Assembly (NCBI GenBank): GCA_965262555.1 | Contig: OZ253543.1 | Location: 1,546,970 to 1,610,969, forward strand | DNA: 64,000 nucleotides | Source: Vicinamibacterales bacterium | Lineage (GTDB): Bacteria; Acidobacteriota; Vicinamibacteria; Vicinamibacterales; UBA8438 | Reading direction: 5' to 3' | Part shown: positions 49,967 to 58,937 of the stretch, piece by piece | How the letters are laid out: the number at the start of each line of letters is the position of its first letter | Position numbering within the stretch: position 1 is the first letter of the stretch | The notes under the pieces: generated by a model | Database searches by the model: none | Told to the model about the DNA's origin: nothing | What the model saw: only the letters and a program-made list of their open reading frames with translations | Made by a program: the position numbers and the translations under genes

Positions 49967-50797
49967 TCAGGCGGAGAAGTGTCGCTCCGCGATGTTGAGG
50001 AACTCAAGCGAGAAGTCGTCGATCGCCGAGGCGGACAGCTTCACCCGATGCGTCAAGTGGTTATAGAAGTAGACGGCTGGGATCGCGGCGAACAACCCGG
50101 CCAGCGTTGCAATAAGCGCCTCGGCGATCCCGGGAGCCACGGCCGCCAGACTGGTCGATCCGGTTTGGCCGATCCCCTGGAACGCGATGATAATCCCCCA
50201 GACCGTTCCAAACAGGCCGATGAACGGCGTGATGCTTGCCGTCGTCGCCAGCATCGGCACATGCTGCTCCAGTCTCGTCACCTCCACGTTCGAGGCGCGC
50301 AGCAACGCACGGTCGAGCGCGTCGAAACTCCGGAGCGACCGCGCGGCGCCAGCCTCACCATCGGCCCCCCGCTGTCGGAGCTGGGTATTCAGTTCGACGT
50401 AGCCTGCCTGGAACACGCCGGTAAGCGGGCTGGCCACCAGCGGCTTGCAGACCGACTGGACCTCGGAGAACGTCCGGCTCTTCCGAAAGATCTTGACGAA
50501 CGTGCTGGTCTGCGCCTCGATCCGCCGGAACTGCCACAGCTTGAAGAGAATGATCCCCCACGACGCGATCGAGAAGAGTAGCAGCGTGGCCAGCACCCCC
50601 TGCGAGAGAAGTGACGAGCGGACGATGAGGCTGAAGATGCCGCTGCCGAACGCGCCGGCTGCCTCGCCTCCCGGATCCGCACCAGGCTGCAGCGCGAGCG
50701 CGGCAACGAAGCGGATCACACTCTCCACCTCACCAAGCGACTCCGTCACCGCGGGCGCCTGGAGGGAGGCAAAGGCAGAGTATCCAAGGATGCCCAC
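49967..50797 (-). CDS. tolQ: MotA/TolQ/ExbB proton-channel protein
   Basis: 276 aa. The C-terminal block TASITPFIGLFGTVWGIIIAFQ...VAPGIAEALIATLAGLFAAIPAV is characteristic. Confidence 0.88.
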   Translation of the reverse strand: MGILGYSAFASLQAPAVTESLGEVESVIRFVAALALQPGADPGGEAAGAFGSGIFSLIVRSSLLSQGVLATLLLFSIASWGIILFKLWQFRRIEAQTSTFVKIFRKSRTFSEVQSVCKPLVASPLTGVFQAGYVELNTQLRQRGADGEAGAARSLRSFDALDRALLRASNVEVTRLEQHVPMLATTASITPFIGLFGTVWGIIIAFQGIGQTGSTSLAAVAPGIAEALIATLAGLFAAIPAVYFYNHLTHRVKLSASAIDDFSLEFLNIAERHFSA

Positions 50798-50948
50798 CTC
50801 AGTTCCTCCGTCAATGCTGACACTGGCGCGCCGCTGGGAAGGCGCAGACTCTTGGTAGAGTACTTGCTGGTCCGCCCGATTGTCAAACCGTGCAGCCGTG
50901 ACACGCGGCGCATCGCAGACTGCGTGATACGATGCTTAGTTCCCTCCC

Positions 50949-52586
50949 ATGATCCGCTTCCTTGGCATCCGCGACCTTGCCATCGTGGACACACTCGAGT
51001 GCGAGTTTGAACCCGGGTTCAATGTCCTCACCGGTGAGACCGGCGCGGGCAAGTCGATCATTGTCGGAGCGATCGGGCTCCTGGTGGGGGAGCGGGGGAG
51101 CAGCGGTGCGGTTCGGACCGGCGCCGACCGAGCGGTGGTGCAGGCGGCATTCGAAACTACGGCAGGCGGCGAAACGATCGTTCGCCGCGAGGTGGCGGCG
51201 GCCGGTCGCGGGCGCATCTTCATCGACGACACGCTGGCACTCGCCACGACGCTGCGGAAACTAGGGCGCCGGCTACTCGACCTTCACGGCCAGCATGCGC
51301 ACCAGGCGTTGCTCGACCCACGCACGCATCTCGCACTGCTGGACGCCTACGGTGGCGACGAAGCGAGTGTCGGCACGGTCGCGGACCGGTACGAGGTGTG
51401 GCGCGCGGCCCGCGCCCGCCTGGTGGAGGCGGAACGCGGCGCGCGGGAGCAGGCAGAGCGAACGGAAGCGCTGGCGTTCGCGCTGGCCGAGATCGAACGG
51501 ATCTCGCCCGAAGCGGGGGAGGACGAGCGGCTTCGCATCGAACGCACCCGGCTGGCGAACGCCGAACGGCTCGAGGCACTTGCGGGGGGCGCGTACGGGC
51601 TGCTCTACGAGAGGGACGATTCGATCGTGTCCGCCCTCTCCACGGTCTGGCGGCAGGTCGAGGAACTTGCGACGCTGGACCCTTCGTTCATCCCCTACCT
51701 GGAGGCCCGGACGTCGGTCGAGCCTGCATTGGACGAACTGGCCCGGGCGCTGCGTTCCTGCGCCGCCGATGTGGAGGCATCGCCCCAGCGGCTCGCCGAG
51801 GTGGAGTCTCGCCTCGCCGAGATCGAACGTCTCGCGAAGAGGCACGGGGGCAGCCTTGCCGCGGTGCTGGACCGCCGCCGAGACATCGCCGATGAACTGG
51901 ACGGGACGGCGGACGACGCCGCCCGCCTGGCGTCGCTTGTCGCGGCGGTAGACGCGGCACGCGACGCGTACCTGGCCGTGGCCGCGACACTGTCCACCCG
52001 CCGCACGGAGTGGGCGGCCGCGCTGGCGCCGGCGCTTGCCCGCGAACTGCACGCATTGGCGATTCCCGACGGCCGGTTCGACGCACGGCTCGATCGCGGG
52101 CTGGACGAGACACACTGGGGCGCCAGCGGTACGGATAGCGCCGAGCTCTTCTTCTCGGCCAACCCGGGTGAGGACCTCAGGCCACTCTCGAAGATCGCTT
52201 CCGGCGGCGAACTGTCCCGCGTCATGCTCGCCCTCAAGACGCTGGCGACCGTAGATGACCGTGGCAAGACGCTGGTCTTCGATGAGGTGGATGCCGGCAT
52301 CGGGGGAGACGCCGCGTACCGGGTGGGGGAGCGGCTGCGGCGGCTGGGTGAGCGGTTCCAGGTGCTGTGTGTGACGCACTCGCCGCAGTTGGCGGCACAC
52401 GCCACGACGCACTTCCATGTGTCGAAGGAAGTGGCCGGCGGCCGGACGCGGACCAGGATCGACCGGTTGTCGGACGCCGGCCGGGTGGCGGAACTGACCC
52501 GCCTGATGACCGGCCGCTCTGGTGGCGCGGCCCGGGCGGGCGCCGCGGAGCTGCTGGCTCAGGCCGGGGCGAAAGACGAAGATTAG
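50949..52586 (+). CDS. recN: DNA repair protein RecN
   Basis: 545 aa with the N-terminal Walker A LTGETGAGKSII, a long coiled coil and the C-terminal ASGGELSRVMLALK. Confidence 0.93.
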   Translation: MIRFLGIRDLAIVDTLECEFEPGFNVLTGETGAGKSIIVGAIGLLVGERGSSGAVRTGADRAVVQAAFETTAGGETIVRREVAAAGRGRIFIDDTLALATTLRKLGRRLLDLHGQHAHQALLDPRTHLALLDAYGGDEASVGTVADRYEVWRAARARLVEAERGAREQAERTEALAFALAEIERISPEAGEDERLRIERTRLANAERLEALAGGAYGLLYERDDSIVSALSTVWRQVEELATLDPSFIPYLEARTSVEPALDELARALRSCAADVEASPQRLAEVESRLAEIERLAKRHGGSLAAVLDRRRDIADELDGTADDAARLASLVAAVDAARDAYLAVAATLSTRRTEWAAALAPALARELHALAIPDGRFDARLDRGLDETHWGASGTDSAELFFSANPGEDLRPLSKIASGGELSRVMLALKTLATVDDRGKTLVFDEVDAGIGGDAAYRVGERLRRLGERFQVLCVTHSPQLAAHATTHFHVSKEVAGGRTRTRIDRLSDAGRVAELTRLMTGRSGGAARAGAAELLAQAGAKDED

Positions 52587-52709
52587 ACGAACATAGAGGC
52601 GAAAGCGATGCTGCCGCTGGCTGCGGCCGGCCGGTGTTCGTCGGACACGGGAATCGGGGTAGGCTATGCACTTCCGATGGCATGCAAGGATCGGATCGTG
52701 GGCGACGGT

Positions 52710-54044
52710 ATGACGCTGGAGGCGTTGCCCCCGACCTACAGCATCGAGACGTTCGGCTGTCAAATGAACGTCCATGACGCGGAGCGGCTTGCCGGGGTGC
52801 TCGAACGGGCCGGCTACGCACCGGCGTCGTCGGACGCCGGCGCCGATCTGCTCGTCATCAATACCTGCAGCGTGCGGGAGCGCGCGGCGGAAAAGCTGTT
52901 CGCGCGGCTCGACCGGTTCCGCCACGCCAGCGTGGACGAGCGGCCGGTCATCGCCGTCACCGGTTGCGTGGCGCAGCAGGAAGGGGAGCGGTTGCTTGAT
53001 CGGGCGCCGATGATCGATGTCGTGATCGGCACCCAGGCGCTGACGGAACTCCCCGGTGCCGTCGAAGCCGCGAACCGGACACGGCGTCCGGTGGTGGACG
53101 TTCACCCCTACGACAACGTCTCGTTCCCGCTCGGCGTCGCGGTGCGGAGCGATCCGGTGAAGGCGTTCGTCACCATCATCGAGGGGTGCAATGACTTCTG
53201 TGCATTCTGCGTCGTCCCCTACACGCGGGGCCACGAACGGATGCGACCGGCGACCGAGATCGTGGCGGAGGTGGCGGAGGCGGCGGCGGCCGGGCGCCGG
53301 GAGGTTCATCTGCTGGGGCAGATCGTGAACCACTACCTGGCGCCGGACCGACCTGGCTGCGACTTCGCAGGGCTGCTGGAGCTGGTGCATGACGTGCCTG
53401 GCATCGAGCGGATACGGTTCGCCAGTCCCCACCCGCGGCACGTCACGACCCGCCTGATTGCGGCAATCCGGGATTTGCCGAAAGTCTGCCGGCATCTGCA
53501 CCTGCCGGTGCAGTCCGGCTCGACGCGGATCCTCGCTCTGATGCGGCGGCGGCATACGCGGGAACGGTATCTCGGCCTGATTAACGAGATCCGGACCGCG
53601 GTGCCGGACATCGCACTATCGACCGATATGATCGTCGGGTTCCCGGGAGAAACGGCAGACGACTTCGAGCAGACGATGACGCTGGCGCGCACGGTCCGGT
53701 ACCACGGCATGTTCTCCTTCAAGTATTCCGAGCGGCCCAACACGCTGGCGAGCCGGCGGATGCCGGACACGGTGTCGGAGGCGGAGAAGGGTCGACGTCT
53801 GACGGCATTGCAGGAACAGCAGCAGGACATCCAGCGATCCCTACACGCGGCCATGGTGGGGCAGCGGGTGACAGTGCTGGCTGACGGACCGAGCCGCCGG
53901 CGCGAGCGGACCGACGAATACACGGGGCGCACCGGCGGCAACACGCCGGTCAACTTCCGGGCCGGACCAGACTGCGTCGGGCAGCTCCTCGAGGTGGAGG
54001 TGCGCCGGGCGGGTCCGAACAGCGTCTCGGGCGAGGTGATCTGA
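52710..54044 (+). CDS. miaB: tRNA-2-methylthio-N6-dimethylallyladenosine synthase MiaB
   Basis: YSIETFGCQMNVHDAE (UPF0004 domain), radical-SAM CNDFCAFCVVP and a TRAM C-terminus. The start is placed at ATG 52710 (track 52608). Confidence 0.92.
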   Translation: MTLEALPPTYSIETFGCQMNVHDAERLAGVLERAGYAPASSDAGADLLVINTCSVRERAAEKLFARLDRFRHASVDERPVIAVTGCVAQQEGERLLDRAPMIDVVIGTQALTELPGAVEAANRTRRPVVDVHPYDNVSFPLGVAVRSDPVKAFVTIIEGCNDFCAFCVVPYTRGHERMRPATEIVAEVAEAAAAGRREVHLLGQIVNHYLAPDRPGCDFAGLLELVHDVPGIERIRFASPHPRHVTTRLIAAIRDLPKVCRHLHLPVQSGSTRILALMRRRHTRERYLGLINEIRTAVPDIALSTDMIVGFPGETADDFEQTMTLARTVRYHGMFSFKYSERPNTLASRRMPDTVSEAEKGRRLTALQEQQQDIQRSLHAAMVGQRVTVLADGPSRRRERTDEYTGRTGGNTPVNFRAGPDCVGQLLEVEVRRAGPNSVSGEVI

Positions 54045-54529
54045 TGCAAATCGAGATGATGATCAAGGGGCTCATGGTCGACCCGGTTACCAACATGCCG
54101 ATCGTTATCCTGCGCGATGACTCGGGCGGCCGCGTGCTGCCGATCTGGGTCGGCATCTTCGAGGCGAACGCCATTGCTCTCCAGATTGAAAACGTCACGA
54201 CGCCGCGGCCGATGACGCACGATCTGCTCCGGAACGTGATCGTCGACCTCGATGGCGCGGTGGAAAAGATCGTGGTCTCCGACCTGAAGGACAATACGTT
54301 CTACGCATTGATTTACGTTCGGATGCGCGGCGAACTGATCGCGGTCGATGCGCGGCCGAGCGATGCGATCGCGTTGGCGCTGCGCGTGAGCGCGCCGATC
54401 TTCGTCGAGGAAACGGTCGTGAAGAACGCCAGGACCCTTGAGTTTGCGCCGGACAAGGGAGACTCCGAACGGCTAGCGCGGTGGCTCGAGAGCCTCGACC
54501 CGGACGACCTGGGCAAGTACAAGATGTAG
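54044..54529 (+). CDS. Bifunctional nuclease family protein (DUF151/BFN)
   Basis: 161 aa: VDPVTNMPIVILRDDSGGRVLPIWVGIFEANAIALQIE...RPMTHDLL. The start overlaps the miaB stop (TGATG). Confidence 0.8.
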   Translation: MQIEMMIKGLMVDPVTNMPIVILRDDSGGRVLPIWVGIFEANAIALQIENVTTPRPMTHDLLRNVIVDLDGAVEKIVVSDLKDNTFYALIYVRMRGELIAVDARPSDAIALALRVSAPIFVEETVVKNARTLEFAPDKGDSERLARWLESLDPDDLGKYKM

Positions 54530-54533
54530 CCTG

Positions 54534-54551
54534 ATGTCGGCCGGCCGACAT
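54534..54551. terminator. 18-bp perfect palindrome just after the BFN stop (hairpin/terminator candidate, no U-tract)
   Basis: ATGTCGGCC|GGCCGACAT at 54534-54551. Confidence 0.3.
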
Positions 54552-54618
54552 TCCCCGACGGCGCCGGCGTTTGCCCGCCGTTCGGACTGCTGATCCCGTT
54601 CCGTTTCCCGCCGGTTTC

Positions 54619-54647
54619 TTGACATCAGTCGGGCCTGTTCCTAGAAT
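54619..54647 (+). promoter_or_regulatory. Strong sigma-70-like promoter candidate for parAB (TTGACA-N17-TAGAAT)
   Basis: TTGACA at 54619-54624 and TAGAAT at 54642-54647, about 75 nt upstream of the parA ATG at 54724. Confidence 0.45.
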
Positions 54648-54723
54648 CCGCGCACTGTGGTGTGGACTCCTTGACGGCCTCCGTACCATCGCGGATCCGT
54701 CTCCCCGTCCGCAGGCCGACTGC

Positions 54724-55479
54724 ATGATCGTCGCTATCGCCAACCAGAAGGGCGGAGTGGGTAAGACCACCACCGCCATCAATCTCGCGTCCGCCTTCGC
54801 GCTGCACGGCAAGCCGACCCTGTTGATCGATCTCGATCCGCAGGCGAACAGCACGATGTCAATCCTGGACCCGCAACCGGATCAACAATCGATCTATGAC
54901 GTGATTGTCGACGCCTCGCGTCAGCTTGCCGACATCATCGTTTCATCCAAGCAGGAGAACCTGTCGGTCGCCCCCGCCCGCATCGCACTTGCCAAGCTGG
55001 AGTCGCACCTGGTGGGGGAGTTCGACGCCCATTTCCGCCTGAAGGATCGCATCGATACCGTGACGGATCGGTACCCCTTCATCGTGATCGACTGCCCGCC
55101 GACGCTCGGCCTGCTGACCGTCAACGCACTTGTGGCAGCGACGGACCTGTTGATCCCGATTCAGTCCTCGTTCTTTGCTCTAGAGGGCACCGACGATCTC
55201 CTGGAAACAGTGGAGCAGGTGCGGAAGCGGGCCAACCCGACGTTGAACATTCTGGGGGTCCTGATCACGATGCATGATCGGCGGACCACGATAGCGCGTG
55301 ACACGCGCGATCAGATTCGGCAAGTGTTCGGGGAGAAGGTGTTCCGAACCGTCATCAAGAGGAACGTCCGGCTTGAGGAGAGCCCGGCCTACAAGGAATC
55401 GATCTTTACGTTCGCTCCGGAATCGACCGGGGCGAGCGACTACTTCAGTCTCTGCGAAGAGGTGATGAACCGTGCCTAG
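54724..55479 (+). CDS. parA: Chromosome partitioning ATPase ParA/Soj
   Basis: 251 aa from ATG 54724 (MIVAIANQKGGVGKTTTAINLA, the deviant Walker A). The track ORF starts at 54571. Confidence 0.93.
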   Translation: MIVAIANQKGGVGKTTTAINLASAFALHGKPTLLIDLDPQANSTMSILDPQPDQQSIYDVIVDASRQLADIIVSSKQENLSVAPARIALAKLESHLVGEFDAHFRLKDRIDTVTDRYPFIVIDCPPTLGLLTVNALVAATDLLIPIQSSFFALEGTDDLLETVEQVRKRANPTLNILGVLITMHDRRTTIARDTRDQIRQVFGEKVFRTVIKRNVRLEESPAYKESIFTFAPESTGASDYFSLCEEVMNRA

Positions 55480-56293
55480 ACGTGGATTGCCCGACACGCA
55501 CCAGATGCGTCACTCAGCCCACTACGTCGAGGCGCTCGCCGCGTCGGTCGCCGAACCGATCGGACGGATGCTGTCGATCGACCGGATCGATCCGAATCCC
55601 GATCAGCCGCGGCAACAGATGGGCGACCTCTCCGAGCTGATGGCGTCGATCGCCGAGAAGGGCATCCTTCAGCCGATCATCGTTCGCGACCAGGACGGCC
55701 GCTACCGCATCATTGCCGGCGAGCGGCGTTACCAGGCGGCGTTGCAGGTCGGTCTGACTGAAGTGCCAGCCATTATACGAAAGGCTGACGAGTCGGAAGC
55801 CGTCGAACTTGCCTTGATCGAGAATCTGCAGCGGAAGGACTTGACGCCGTTCGAGGAAGCGGAGGCGCTGGCCGCACTGGCCAAGAGGTTCGGGCACACG
55901 CACGAGGAACTGGCGCGCCGGCTCGGGAAGTCACGGACCTCAGTCACCGAATCGCTCTCGCTGCAGGCCATGCCGGATGACATCAAGGAACTCTGCCAGT
56001 TGGCCAACATCACGTCGAAATCGCTTCTGCTTGAAGTGGTGCGGCAGCGCACGCCGCGCGCGATGACGTCGTTGATCGAACGGCTGACGCGGCACGGTGC
56101 GGCCACGCGCAAGCATTTACGTGCCGCGCGCGAGAAGCCGTCGGATCGGTCGAAACCGTACGTCTACAACTACGCGGAGCCTCGGAAGACGTTCGCACTG
56201 CGCCTGTCGTTCCGGAAGTCCAAGGTGGAACGGAAAGAGCTGATCAGCACGCTGGAACAAATCATCGAGGAGCTGCGGCAAGAAGAGGATTGA
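55472..56293 (+). CDS. parB: Chromosome partitioning protein ParB/Spo0J
   Basis: 273 aa with PNPDQPRQ, the IIAGERRYQAA arginine patch and an HTH region. The GTG start overlaps the parA end by 8 nt. Confidence 0.9.
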   Translation: MPRRGLPDTHQMRHSAHYVEALAASVAEPIGRMLSIDRIDPNPDQPRQQMGDLSELMASIAEKGILQPIIVRDQDGRYRIIAGERRYQAALQVGLTEVPAIIRKADESEAVELALIENLQRKDLTPFEEAEALAALAKRFGHTHEELARRLGKSRTSVTESLSLQAMPDDIKELCQLANITSKSLLLEVVRQRTPRAMTSLIERLTRHGAATRKHLRAAREKPSDRSKPYVYNYAEPRKTFALRLSFRKSKVERKELISTLEQIIEELRQEED

Positions 56294-56362
56294 GGGCCGA
56301 CAGACGGCCTACCCGCACGACCGGCGCCAGAGGCTTTTCGACACGTAAGTAAACATAACATA

Positions 56363-56400
56363 CCTTATCGGACGTCGACTTCGTCGACGTCCGATGAAGG
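56363..56400. repeat. Strong 13-bp (extendable to ~17-bp) perfect hairpin next to an AT-rich patch downstream of parB
   Basis: ATCGGACGTCGAC-ttc-GTCGACGTCCGAT at 56367-56395, flanked by CCTT / (G)AAGG. It is preceded by the AT-rich GACACGTAAGTAAACATAACATACC. Confidence 0.6.
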
Positions 56401-56504
56401 ATCCAGCCCCCAGGCCCTGCGCATTCAGACGGCTAGATGGGAGCCCCCGGGCGCGGACTTGGCCGGCGTCGGCACTGGCCGATAGGATGGTGTGAAGCGC
56501 CGCC

Positions 56505-58898
56505 ATGTTGCGCACTACGAGTCGCTACATCGTCCGCGAGGTGATCCCTCCCTTCCTGCTGTCGCTCTTCGTCTTTACGTTCCTGCTGCTGCTCCCGCCG
56601 CTGCGCGACCGGGCCGAGGAACTGATGGGGATCGGCATCGCGCCGGGCGAGATCGTGCAGATGCTGGCGCTCCTGGTGCCGCAGTCGCTCGGGCTCACGA
56701 TCCCGATGGCGCTGCTCCTGGGCGTCCTGATGGCGCTCGGACGCCTCTCCAGCGACCGCGAGACGGTGGCAATGCAGGCGTGCGGTATCAGTTTCGCGCG
56801 AATCCTGGCGCCGCTGCTCCTGCTGGCGACGCTGGTGGCCGGGGTCAACTGGTGGATCATGGTCGACGTGCTGCCGCGGTCGAATCAGTCGTTCCGGGAG
56901 CTGGTGTTCCGCGTCATGGCGAACCGGGCCGAGGGGGAGGTGAAGCCGCGGGTCTTCCATGTCGACGACTTCCCCAACCTGGTGCTGTACGTCCGGGAAC
57001 TCTCCCCCGGCGGTGGCTGGTCGGATGTGTTTCTTGCCGACGTGCGGGAACCGAACCGGCCGGACATCTACGTGGCGGAGCGGGGACACGTGGTGGTCGA
57101 ACGGGATCGCCAGGTGGTCGAGATTGCCCTCACCAACGGAACACGGCACCATGTCGACCCCGCACAGCCGGAGGACTACGAGCGGCACGCGTTTGAGGAT
57201 CTGCTGATCCAGGTGGACGCGTCGTCGCTCTTTCCGGTCGACGGACCGGAGCGGGGCTACGCGGAGCTGACGATTGCGGAGCTTCAGGACCGGGCGGTGG
57301 AGATGCGGGCGGAGGGAGAGTCGCCGCACTGGCCGATCATGTACCTCCATCAGAAGTTCTCCATCCCGGTCGCCTGCTTCATCTTCGTCCTGCTGGGCGC
57401 CGCATTCGGAGTCAGTAACCGCAGGGATGGCCGGCTCGCCAGCTTCGCGCTCGGCATCGGCGTCATCTTCGCCTACTACGTCGTGATGTACACCGGGGAA
57501 GCCATGGCGATGGGCCAGCGTATCTCCCCCCACCTGGCGCGGTGGCTGCCGAACATCGTGCTCGGGCTGCTCGGAATCGCGCTGGTGTGGTGGCGCACCG
57601 GGCGGGCCGACCGGCGACTGCCGGGCGCCGCACTTGTCGGCCGACTGCTCCCCCATCGAACGCCAGTTACGGCGGCTCCCGAAGCGGATCACAGCGCGGA
57701 CGCGGCCGATGACCCTGGACGCGCCGGCGCGGCGCGGCGGGCGCCGTCTGCAGGCCGCGGCGCGGCCGTCATGGTCCAGGCCGGACCGGTTGCCGCCGGC
57801 GTCACCATTCTCGACCGGTACGTCATCCGGATGTATCTCCGGTGGGTGGCGGTCGCCTTCGTCGGCCTGCTCGGGATCTTCTACATCACCACGTTCATCG
57901 ACCTTTCCGACAACCTGTTCAAGGAACAGGCGACCGGCCTGATGCTGCTGGAGCACCTCTGGTACGCCACGCCGCAGTTCATCTACTACGTCCTGCCAAT
58001 CGCGGGCCTGTTGGCGACGCTCGTCACGATCGGCATGCTCACACGAACCAGCGAGCTGACCGTCATGAAGGCGTGCGGCATCAGCCTGTACCGGGTGGCG
58101 CTCCCGATCCTCGCCTTCAGTGTCGTCTGGGGCGCGTGCCTCTTCGTGATTTCGGAAACGGTGCTCGCCCGGGCGAACCGGCGCGCTGAGACCCTGAATC
58201 AGCAGATCCGGACCGGCCGGGCGCATGTGGTCGATCCGCTGAACCGCCGGTGGCTGGTGAGCGACAGCGGCGACATCTACCACTACCTCCACTTCGATTC
58301 GGACCGGCAAGAGGTGGGAGCGCTGTCAGTCTTCGAGTTCGAGGGGCGCCCCTGGTCGCTTGCGCGGCGGACCTACGTCGCGCAGGCGACATTCGATGGC
58401 GAGGATGCACCGGCGGCGGCGTGGCAGGGCCGCGACGTCTGGATTCGTGACTTCGCCGTGGACGCCGACGCATCGGCCTACCGCGAGGATGCGGAGCGGA
58501 CGCTGCCGGCCGTGGCTCCCCCGGAGGTGTTCGCGGCGGAGTTGCCGGAGGCGGAACTGATGAGCTTCCGCGAGCTGCAGGGGTATATCGAGGAACTGCG
58601 GACACGCGGCTTCGATGTGGTGAGCCTGGTCGTGGCGTTGCACCGAAAGGCATCGTTTCCGTTCGTTACGCTGATCCTGACGCTGATCGCCATTCCGTTC
58701 GCGGTCACCACGGGGTCGCGCGGCGCACTGTACGGCGTCGGTGTCGGCATCGCCCTCGCCTTCACCTACTGGATCGTCATCTCCATCTTCGGCGCCTTCG
58801 GCAGCGCCGGCGTGCTCACGCCGGCGATCGCGGCGTGGGCGCCCAACATCTTCTTCGGCGCTTCCGCCGGCTACTTTCTGTTCGCCATCCGGACCTAG
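56505..58898 (+). CDS. LPS export permease with LptF-like and LptG-like halves in one continuous ORF
   Basis: 797 codons with no in-frame stop. Both halves begin with the family signature (TSRYIVREVIPPF at residue ~5; ILDRYVIRMYLRW at ~435) followed by TM-rich regions. A ~60-aa Ala/Arg/Pro-rich linker joins them. Confidence 0.8.
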   Translation: MLRTTSRYIVREVIPPFLLSLFVFTFLLLLPPLRDRAEELMGIGIAPGEIVQMLALLVPQSLGLTIPMALLLGVLMALGRLSSDRETVAMQACGISFARILAPLLLLATLVAGVNWWIMVDVLPRSNQSFRELVFRVMANRAEGEVKPRVFHVDDFPNLVLYVRELSPGGGWSDVFLADVREPNRPDIYVAERGHVVVERDRQVVEIALTNGTRHHVDPAQPEDYERHAFEDLLIQVDASSLFPVDGPERGYAELTIAELQDRAVEMRAEGESPHWPIMYLHQKFSIPVACFIFVLLGAAFGVSNRRDGRLASFALGIGVIFAYYVVMYTGEAMAMGQRISPHLARWLPNIVLGLLGIALVWWRTGRADRRLPGAALVGRLLPHRTPVTAAPEADHSADAADDPGRAGAARRAPSAGRGAAVMVQAGPVAAGVTILDRYVIRMYLRWVAVAFVGLLGIFYITTFIDLSDNLFKEQATGLMLLEHLWYATPQFIYYVLPIAGLLATLVTIGMLTRTSELTVMKACGISLYRVALPILAFSVVWGACLFVISETVLARANRRAETLNQQIRTGRAHVVDPLNRRWLVSDSGDIYHYLHFDSDRQEVGALSVFEFEGRPWSLARRTYVAQATFDGEDAPAAAWQGRDVWIRDFAVDADASAYREDAERTLPAVAPPEVFAAELPEAELMSFRELQGYIEELRTRGFDVVSLVVALHRKASFPFVTLILTLIAIPFAVTTGSRGALYGVGVGIALAFTYWIVISIFGAFGSAGVLTPAIAAWAPNIFFGASAGYFLFAIRT

Positions 58899-58937
58899 CG
58901 GGGAGCGGGCGCCTGCACGTCGGCGCGGCACCCGCAG

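Noticed and set aside
50798-50948. SOS (LexA) operator upstream of recN. Small palindromes CGCAG-A-CTGCG and GCATCG-N14-CGATGC were seen.
   Set aside because: Neither matches any LexA box type I can recall (CTGT-N8-ACAG, GAAC-N4-GTTC, GTTC-N7-GTTC). Without the organism's LexA motif or comparative data this would be guesswork.
54530-56504. Possible replication origin or parS sites, given the presence of parAB.
   Set aside because: I found no cluster of DnaA-box-like 9-mers (TTATCCACA) and no match to the 16-bp parS palindrome. dnaA, dnaN and gidAB are absent from the window. The only AT-rich patch is ~25 bp.
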